Positions 60,644 to 64,000 of a stretch of 64,000 nt of DNA are shown piece after piece. Location: contig CAJXSO010000012.1 of NCBI GenBank assembly GCA_913061505.1, positions 1,480 through 65,479 of the forward strand. The letters are read 5' to 3'. The notes under the pieces were generated by a model. The model searched no databases, had not been told where the DNA came from, and saw only the letters and a program-made list of their open reading frames with translations. The stretch is from an uncultured Lutimaribacter sp. (GTDB taxonomy: Bacteria > Pseudomonadota > Alphaproteobacteria > Rhodobacterales > Rhodobacteraceae). Positions within the stretch are counted from its first letter, which is position 1. Each line of letters starts with the position of its first letter. The position numbers were made by a program, and so were the translations under genes.

Positions 60644-61293
60644 TTCACCGTCCTTCTGACATGGTCCATCCAATACTGCCCACCGCGCGCCGTGGCCGCA
60701 TAAACGGCCTGCCCTGCCGCATGGCCAATCGCGGTATGCATACCGGCAAAACGCGCCTGCCCCGCTGGTGCTGCAACGGCAATGCAATCTGTGCCCGTGC
60801 CGGTGGCAAGCCCGGTGGGCAGCTGGCAGCCCAGTTCCGCCACAGCCACGGTGCGCGCCTGCGCCACCAGGGCCAGGGTTTCGATCAGCGCAGCCTGGGT
60901 CAGGCCCACAGACAGGCGCAACGCCACGTTGATGGTGCCAAATTGCGCCGGGTCATAGGCCACGCGGGCACCGATACGTTCGGCGTTCGACAGCCCGATT
61001 GTCACCACCGCTGTCGCTGTCACATCCTCGACCGTGGCATGGGCCACCTCAAAAGCGCTGACATCACGCGATGTCAGAAAACAGGGGGCATCGGTGGCGC
61101 CATAGGCCTGCAACTGGCCTTGCAACCATGGGTCTACATCCATGCCCGGGGGCAGATCGGCATTGCGCACCTCGCGCCACAATATCCGCCGTGCGGTGCA
61201 AAAGCCCGGTGCATTCAACACGAAACTGAGCACCTGCATCGGTGCGCCCAGATCAAATTCCAGCCAGGGCCGGGCCAGGGTAACAGCCATCAC
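60640..61293 (-). CDS. cbiZ: Adenosylcobinamide amidohydrolase (CbiZ)-like protein
   Basis: 217 aa. The motifs GLSNAERIG...FGTINVALRL...ATGTGTDCIAVAAP resemble my recollection of conserved CbiZ motifs (GTIN, ATGT.TD). It sits between the BtuD-like ATPase and exbB with 4-nt overlaps. Confidence 0.55.
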   Translation of the reverse strand: MMAVTLARPWLEFDLGAPMQVLSFVLNAPGFCTARRILWREVRNADLPPGMDVDPWLQGQLQAYGATDAPCFLTSRDVSAFEVAHATVEDVTATAVVTIGLSNAERIGARVAYDPAQFGTINVALRLSVGLTQAALIETLALVAQARTVAVAELGCQLPTGLATGTGTDCIAVAAPAGQARFAGMHTAIGHAAGQAVYAATARGGQYWMDHVRRTVK

Positions 61294-62039
61294 AGCACCT
61301 CGAGGGGTTGGAAAATATGGCCCTGCGGTGTTTGCGCCTGATAGGCAGTAATGCCAAAGACGCGCGCCACCAATTCAGGCGTTAGCACCTTGGACGGGGG
61401 GCCATCGGCCTGAATGCCGCCCTGCCCCAACACCACCAGCCGCGCACAATGGCGCGCAGCCAGCCCCAGATCGTGCAGCGAAACCAGCACCGCGCGGCCA
61501 TCGGCGGCCAGGCGTTGAAACATCTGCATCGTGGCGATTTGATGCGCCGGATCGAGCCCTGCAATCGGCTCGTCTGCCATCAACAGATCAGTCTCTTGCG
61601 CCAAGGCGCGCGCAATCAGGGCGCGGGCCTGCTCGCCGCCAGACAGGCGCGTCACCGTGCGGCTGCGCATGGCCGCAAGCCCCATGTGATCAAGCGCGCG
61701 TTCGACCGCGGCATGATCTGCAGCCGACAGGCGCGCCGCCTGGTGTGGCATGCGCCCCAGGCGCACCAAAGCCTCGATGCTGACGGGCCATGCAATCTCG
61801 CGCGATTGCGGCATCCACGCCACCGCCCGCGCCCGCGCCATGGGCGCCATACCCGCAAGCGAGCTATGCCCACCATGCGCCACCAACCCCAGGGCCGCGC
61901 GCATCAGCGTGGTTTTGCCCGCACCATTGGGCCCGATCAGGCCCACCATCTCGCCTTTTTGCACCGACAGCGTGACATCGCGGAAAATATCGCGCCCGCG
62001 CAAAGATACCGACAGGTTTTGCAGCTCTAGCACGCTCAT
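61290..62039 (-). CDS. ABC ATP-binding protein, FecE/BtuD type
   Basis: GPNGAGKTTL, LSGGEQARALIARAL, LLMADEPIAGLD. 249 aa. Confidence 0.85.
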   Translation of the reverse strand: MSVLELQNLSVSLRGRDIFRDVTLSVQKGEMVGLIGPNGAGKTTLMRAALGLVAHGGHSSLAGMAPMARARAVAWMPQSREIAWPVSIEALVRLGRMPHQAARLSAADHAAVERALDHMGLAAMRSRTVTRLSGGEQARALIARALAQETDLLMADEPIAGLDPAHQIATMQMFQRLAADGRAVLVSLHDLGLAARHCARLVVLGQGGIQADGPPSKVLTPELVARVFGITAYQAQTPQGHIFQPLEVL

Positions 62040-63019
62040 GGCTGCTCTTTCCGGGTTTTATAGATCAGATGCAAAAACAGCGGCGCCCCCACCAGCGCGG
62101 TCAAGACGCCCAGTTTCAAATCGCGCTCTGGCACGACAAGGCGCACCGCGATATCCGCCGCCAGCACCATCGCCGCACCGCCCAAGGCCGAGGCAGGCAA
62201 CAACCGCGAGGGCTGTGCCCCCACCAAGGGGCGCAGCAAATGCGGCACCACCAGCCCCACAAAGCCAATCGTGCCGGCCACCGCCGTTGCAGCCCCCACC
62301 ACACAGGCCGTGCCCAGCACCAGCATCAGCCGCAAGCGCCCCAGATGCACCCCCATGGTGGCCGCGGCATCCTCGCCCAGCGTCAGCGCGTCCAGCCCGC
62401 GGCCCAACCGCGCCAGCACCAGCCAGCCCAGCAGCGTGAAAGGCAGCGCCAGCCACACATGGGTAAGCGAGCGGTCGGCCAGCGACCCCATCATCCAGAA
62501 AACGATCTCGTTCACCGCGAACGGGTTTTTCGACAGGTTCAGCACCAGCTGCGTGATCGCCCCTGCCATGGCCGAAATGGCGATACCCGCCAATATCAGC
62601 GTCAAGGCGCCGCCCCTGGGGCCCGCCAGCGCCAAAACCAGCATCACCCCCACCAGCGCCCCGGCCAAGGCCATCAGCGGCAGGCCCAGCATAAAGGCCG
62701 CAGCCAGGCCGCTTTGGATGGCAATCACAGCCCCCAGCGCCGCCGAGGCTGACACACCAATCAGCCCAGGTTCGGCCAAGGGGTTGCGCAAATAGCCCTG
62801 CATCGCCGCGCCAGCCAGCCCCAGGCTGCCCCCCACAAGCACCGCCAAAATGGCCCGCGGCAGGCGAATTTCGCGCATCACCATCGCCACCGGATCCAGC
62901 CCGCCACGCAGCAACCCCAGCAAACTGTCAGCCGGGGCAATGCGCGCGGGCCCCACCAAGAGCGACAGGCAAAACAGCCCAAAAACCAGGGTGCAGAGGG
63001 CCAGCATAAGCCGCGTCAT
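62036..63019 (-). CDS. FecCD/BtuC-family ABC permease
   Basis: ATG 63019 (MTRLMLALCTLVFGLFCL...). ...LRLPRILAV-like REIRLPRAILAVLVGGSLGLAGAAMQ. 327 aa. Confidence 0.85.
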   Translation of the reverse strand: MTRLMLALCTLVFGLFCLSLLVGPARIAPADSLLGLLRGGLDPVAMVMREIRLPRAILAVLVGGSLGLAGAAMQGYLRNPLAEPGLIGVSASAALGAVIAIQSGLAAAFMLGLPLMALAGALVGVMLVLALAGPRGGALTLILAGIAISAMAGAITQLVLNLSKNPFAVNEIVFWMMGSLADRSLTHVWLALPFTLLGWLVLARLGRGLDALTLGEDAAATMGVHLGRLRLMLVLGTACVVGAATAVAGTIGFVGLVVPHLLRPLVGAQPSRLLPASALGGAAMVLAADIAVRLVVPERDLKLGVLTALVGAPLFLHLIYKTRKEQP

Positions 63020-63891
63020 CGCTGTGCCTCCAGCTGGGCGCGCAGGGCGCGCATATCGGCGATGGCGCGCAGCACATAGGGCGTGCCACATACCCAATCG
63101 CGGTCGGTCATGGTGCCGCTGGTGTGCTGACGTTTCAGCTGCGCCACCACCGGGTGCTGCATTATGGCCTCGGCCCGGCTGGCCCCCGGATAGGGCTGGC
63201 CCGTGACCACCACATCGGGGTTGGCCATCGCCAACAGCTCGAGCGGCAGCGCCCCGATGGCGCCCAGCTCTTGCGCGATATTGTCAAACCCGCCCGCCCG
63301 CAGGATTTGCCCCGCAAGCGAGCTGTCGCCCGAGGTATAGCCATTGGCGTAATAAAGCGCCGCACGCGGGCGGGGGCCGGGTGTAGAGATGGCCGCCAAA
63401 TCAGCCTCGAAACGTTGCACAAGCGCTTGGGCCTCGGCCACGCGCCCCAGGGCCTGGCCCATCTGGCGCACGCGCTGGGGCACATCTTGCAGCGCATAGG
63501 CGGGCGAGAACACCTCGACCGGCACGCCCAGGCGGCGCAGCATATCCAGCGTGGCGCGATCGGTGAACCGCCCTGCCACCACCAGATCGGGCTGCAGCAT
63601 ATAGATTTCTTCGGCCAGGCCAGAATTGGCAGGAATATCCGCCGCCTGCGCCGCCATGGTCGAGACACGCGGCACCGCCGCCAGTTTTGTGACCGAAATC
63701 ACCTGCCCCGGTGCTGCCAGCATCAAGGCCAACTGATCGGTGCACAAATTCACCGAAACGACACGCTGCGGCGCGCCGGCCAAGGCAGGGGCGCCGGCCA
63801 AGGCAGAGGCCAAAACCAGCGCCGCCACCGCGGATATGAGCCTAGAAAGACGCACGCAAACCAAAGTAGAAAGCGCGATCCGACGTTCCAT
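63016..63891 (-). CDS. Periplasmic binding protein, BtuF/FecB class (cluster A/III)
   Basis: RVVSVNLCTDQLALMLAAPGQVISV...PDLVVAG...PDVVV pattern. The start is uncertain (ATG 63891 or GTG 63855). Either start overlaps the 3' end of the upstream receptor gene. Confidence 0.8.
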   Translation of the reverse strand: MERRIALSTLVCVRLSRLISAVAALVLASALAGAPALAGAPQRVVSVNLCTDQLALMLAAPGQVISVTKLAAVPRVSTMAAQAADIPANSGLAEEIYMLQPDLVVAGRFTDRATLDMLRRLGVPVEVFSPAYALQDVPQRVRQMGQALGRVAEAQALVQRFEADLAAISTPGPRPRAALYYANGYTSGDSSLAGQILRAGGFDNIAQELGAIGALPLELLAMANPDVVVTGQPYPGASRAEAIMQHPVVAQLKRQHTSGTMTDRDWVCGTPYVLRAIADMRALRAQLEAQR

Positions 63892-64000
63892 AGCCCGAGA
63901 TCGTTTGATATTCTTTATCAAACAGGTTCTCGATGCGCAGATAGGCCTCGGCGGTGTCGGTCAGGCGGTGAACCAGGCTAAAGCCATAGACATCGTAATC
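63842..64000 (-). CDS. TonB-dependent outer-membrane receptor, C-terminal 52 aa only (BtuB-like)
   Basis: Hand translation of the minus strand: DYDVYGFSLVHRLTDTAEAYLRIENLFDKEYQTISGYGTSDRAFYFGLRASF*. It has the classical terminal beta-strand ending in Phe. The gene continues beyond the window. Confidence 0.9.
   Translation of the reverse strand, partial: DYDVYGFSLVHRLTDTAEAYLRIENLFDKEYQTISGYGTSDRAFYFGLRASF

Overview
This 64-kb window looks like core chromosome from a high-GC alphaproteobacterium. Hand counts of single 60-nt lines give about 58-68% GC over most of it. Gene content and synteny resemble Rhodobacterales, but that is inference only.

Coding density is very high. I call about 74 protein genes and one tRNA-Thr(GGU). 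I recognised no rRNA, CRISPR array, transposase, integrase or phage genes.

Most genes are housekeeping:
- Replication and repair: parE, hdaA, uvrC.
- Translation and biosynthesis: proS, lolCD, lysC, ptsP, hisD, murA, thyX, gloA, sdhE, an aspartate aminotransferase.
- Ion and polyphosphate handling: nhaA, ppk1-ppx and a separate ppk2.

Many long ORFs in the six-frame track are antisense or off-frame shadows typical of high-GC DNA. Several true genes are N-terminally over-extended in the track, and I re-anchored their starts by hand.

I do not see a clear-cut, self-evidently novel system such as a defence island. The least ordinary parts are:
1. A 13-gene, same-strand, almost gap-free array at 53988-64000. 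It joins a TonB-dependent cobamide-type uptake and remodelling locus (receptor, BtuFCD-like transporter, CbiZ-like protein, ExbB-ExbD-ExbD-TonB) to a CDP-alcohol phosphatidyltransferase plus a YnjBCD-like ABC importer of unknown substrate.
2. A low-GC islet of about 3.5 kb (about 2050-5610, roughly 40-50% GC). It holds a Cache-type histidine kinase, a LuxR-type regulator with a degenerate receiver, and a 442-bp AT-rich structured spacer. It sits next to a type I secretion adaptor gene.
3. A second low-GC orphan LuxR-type regulator, convergent with a stand-alone receiver-like ORF, with a perfect 15-bp palindrome in its leader.
4. A 300-bp AT-rich spacer upstream of uvrC with one canonical and several degenerate DnaA boxes plus two perfect palindromes.
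5. A ppk2-DUF1007-NicO-YqaA operon-like array.

All family assignments come from motif recognition by eye. Start codons and the coordinates of small structures are approximate.
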